From positions 1 through 10,596 of the forward strand of contig JBDRNJ010000033.1 in the NCBI GenBank assembly GCA_043811375.1: 10,596 bases of DNA, in the 5' to 3' direction. Both the position numbers and the translations under genes were made by a program. The DNA is from a bacterium. Lineage in GTDB: Bacteria > Zixibacteria > MSB-5A5 > GN15 > FEB-12. This document shows positions 8,769 to 10,596 of the stretch, in pieces. The notes below the pieces were generated by a model. That model ran no database searches. It saw only the letters and a list, made by a program, of their open reading frames with translations, and had not been told where the DNA came from. Every line of letters begins with the position of its first letter. The stretch's first letter is position 1.

Positions 8769-8856
8769 GGTGGCGCACCCCTTGGGGTGCGTTTACAGTT
8801 CTTCTTCAATTAACGTACAAATAGGAATAGAAACTCACCGCAAGCGGTGAGCCACC
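8769..8856. repeat. Inverted doublet of 26-nt GTGG-footed palindromes (REPIN/BIME-like); probably also serves as terminators for both convergent genes
   Basis: 8769-8794 (+) GGTGGCGCACCCCTTGGGGTGCGTTT and 8856-8831 (-) GGTGGCTCACCGCTTGCGGTGAGTTT are 22/26 identical, separated by a 36-nt AT-rich spacer. Each hairpin is followed by a T-rich tract in its own direction. Confidence 0.75.
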
Positions 8857-8915
8857 CCCCCCTGCACGTTTATCAGTTTCATCATGTCTTATCTTGCACC
8901 GACTAAGTCGGGGTG

Positions 8916-10595
8916 TTACCAAACCGTGAAGACGGCGTCACTGGAATCGGAGACAGGGCCGCTGACTTCTGAAATTCGTACCAGGCAGGACGGATAGGGA
9001 CCAGCCTTAAACACCGCCGAGTCAAGAAACCAGCTAAAGGTTCCATCATCAGAATTCACGTTGCCGGCCCCGTCAACCAGATACCACAAAAAACCGGTGA
9101 AATACTCGATCTTGACATTTCCCACAACTCCGGTCTTCTCCCAGGTGATTGGGTATGTGTTGTTGCTAGACCATTCCTCGCCGCCGTTCGGAGACGTAAT
9201 GGTGATGCTGGGGGAAATCGCCGACGTGTCCTTAATCACCAACGGTCCTTTCCATGCCGGGGAGTAGCCGTTCAGGTTGTCGGCCACCAGCTTGTAAGTG
9301 CTGCCGTCGTTGAAGGTGAGCGTGTCGATCACAATCGAGTCGCTGGCGCTCCAGCTTGACAGTGTGAAATAGTAGCTGGCCCACAACCGCGCCTGCCCGG
9401 GATCGGCAGCCAGATTTTGCGAACCGATGCGAGATGCCCCGAACAGAAAATGCCTTTGGCTGTTGGTTGTCGAAATGGAATTGCCCTCATACAGGTACGT
9501 TCCCAACGTAAAGGCCGTTGTGACCAGCGACGTGGCAGTGGCACTGTCCATCTGCATATTGGCGTTATCCCAGGAGAAACCCATCGATCCCCCCGCCAGA
9601 GTCTGACCATTTCGCACATAAAGATCAAGCTGCAGGGTGTCATTGCCGGTAGCGACATCCGGCCTCCGGACTACGACAAGTTCCACAGAATCTCCTGATG
9701 GGGCATAGCTGCAGTTCACTGCACCCATACATGGAGCCGGTCCACCCAGGAACAGGTACTCATTCAGGAATACCATATCCCCGACATCAACATTATCGCA
9801 CAGGTCCATATTGGCCGCAACGTATGACGGCGGTGCCGGCGCGCCCAACAGGAAGAGATAGGAACTCAGGTAGACCAGGTCGGCAACATCAATGCCACTG
9901 TAGGCGTCTACGTTCCCGCACGCCACGACCCCGGAGTCAATTGTAAAGCAGTGCGGGCCATCCCAGCCGGGCGTAATCTGATACATCCCACTCTGAGTTG
10001 ACCAGAGCCAGTCACCGGCGGCTGGAAACCAGCAGGAATCAAGGCAGATTGTCTTGCCATGATGCCATGGATCAATCGGCCCGATGGTCAGAGTGTACGC
10101 TGTTTCGTCGAACCATGCCGTCAGGCCCCTGGAACCAAATATGTCTATAGCAGCAAAACCAACTGTATCGGCAGCCCAGCCATCAGTACTGAATGGATTT
10201 ATTACGAATATATCAAACATACCCGGTACCCAGCTGTGGTTGATCGTGTCGGCGATGGTCGTATCCCACTGGGCGCCATCGAGTGAGTAGATTTGGAAGC
10301 CGTTCTGGATGGCTTCCCAGGCGGTGTCATCCCCCTTCATGTGGATATAAAACGTAACTTCCTGCCCGGTGGGAATGGTGTCACCATAGGCACCCGATAC
10401 CGAATCCAGTGATAGGGCGGCCGTGGTCGTGTCACTTATATGCAGGTTAACCTCAATTGTATCCGGGGAGTTGTAGGCCTGGGCCGAGGTTAGTATCAGG
10501 TAACCGTAGTGATTGCCTGTAGCAAGACCGGAGATTTCAGCATGTACGGTAGTGCTGTCCGGTGTACTGCCGGTTGTATCATCTGCCCCACACCA
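8916..10595 (-). CDS. Large modular secreted/surface protein, N-terminus beyond the window: BACON-like, cohesin-like, dockerin type I, cohesin-like and C-terminal Ig-like (Kre9/KNH-like) modules
   Basis: No stop in frame from 10340 to the window end; the extension reads WCGADDTTGSTPDSTTVHAEISGLATGNHYGYLILTSAQAYNSPDTIEVNLHISDTTTAALSLDSVSGAYGDTIPTGQEVTFYIH-MKG. Duplicated dockerin motif GNVDAYSGIDVADLVYLSSYLF / ANMDLCDNVDVGDMVFLNEYLF at about 9729-9920. C-terminal ITITSPNGGEEW...YPITW...GTFSW...VRIS...DSSDAVFTV Ig-like module. Confidence 0.85.
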   Translation of the reverse strand, partial: WCGADDTTGSTPDSTTVHAEISGLATGNHYGYLILTSAQAYNSPDTIEVNLHISDTTTAALSLDSVSGAYGDTIPTGQEVTFYIHMKGDDTAWEAIQNGFQIYSLDGAQWDTTIADTINHSWVPGMFDIFVINPFSTDGWAADTVGFAAIDIFGSRGLTAWFDETAYTLTIGPIDPWHHGKTICLDSCWFPAAGDWLWSTQSGMYQITPGWDGPHCFTIDSGVVACGNVDAYSGIDVADLVYLSSYLFLLGAPAPPSYVAANMDLCDNVDVGDMVFLNEYLFLGGPAPCMGAVNCSYAPSGDSVELVVVRRPDVATGNDTLQLDLYVRNGQTLAGGSMGFSWDNANMQMDSATATSLVTTAFTLGTYLYEGNSISTTNSQRHFLFGASRIGSQNLAADPGQARLWASYYFTLSSWSASDSIVIDTLTFNDGSTYKLVADNLNGYSPAWKGPLVIKDTSAISPSITITSPNGGEEWSSNNTYPITWEKTGVVGNVKIEYFTGFLWYLVDGAGNVNSDDGTFSWFLDSAVFKAGPYPSCLVRISEVSGPVSDSSDAVFTVW

Positions 10596-10596
10596 G

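Noticed and set aside
8769..8856. Mini-CRISPR (26-nt palindromic repeats with a 36-nt spacer)
   Set aside because: There are only two copies, they are inverted rather than direct, they differ at 4 positions, and no cas genes are present.
8897..8915. Small CCGAC-TAA-GTCGG hairpin right after the dockerin-protein stop codon
   Set aside because: The core stem is 5 bp with no U-tract; the 8834-8851 hairpin is the better terminator candidate.
10338..10340. ATG 10340 as the start of the dockerin protein
   Set aside because: No signal peptide follows it, and the frame stays open for 85 more codons to the window edge, encoding a BACON-like module.

Overview
Bacterial chromosomal window with 9 protein-coding genes and no rRNA, tRNA, CRISPR array or transposase recognised. 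In order: gyrB (5'-truncated, with no gyrA after it); a putative outer-membrane beta-barrel and a Cys-rich putative lipoprotein; a minus-strand DUF2953 (YtfI-like) + YtfJ/GerW pair; an HD-GYP c-di-GMP phosphodiesterase behind a sigma28-like promoter; a polytopic membrane protein with C-terminal TPRs (GT-C/TMTC-like layout); an amidinotransferase/DDAH-family hydrolase; and the 3' part of a large modular secreted protein (BACON-like, cohesin-like, dockerin, cohesin-like, Ig-like). The beta-barrel suggests a diderm, and the dockerin style resembles FCB-group candidate phyla such as Zixibacteria (inference only). Most notable: (i) an inverted pair of GTGG-footed REP-like palindromes whose four differences are all compensatory, plus a separate GTAG-footed palindrome; (ii) an internal dockerin between two diverged cohesin-like repeats in one polypeptide; (iii) 16 D-(S/T)-(A/I/L/V/M/T) sequons in that protein, near a candidate GT-C/TPR glycosyltransferase; (iv) three genes that appear leaderless or nearly so.
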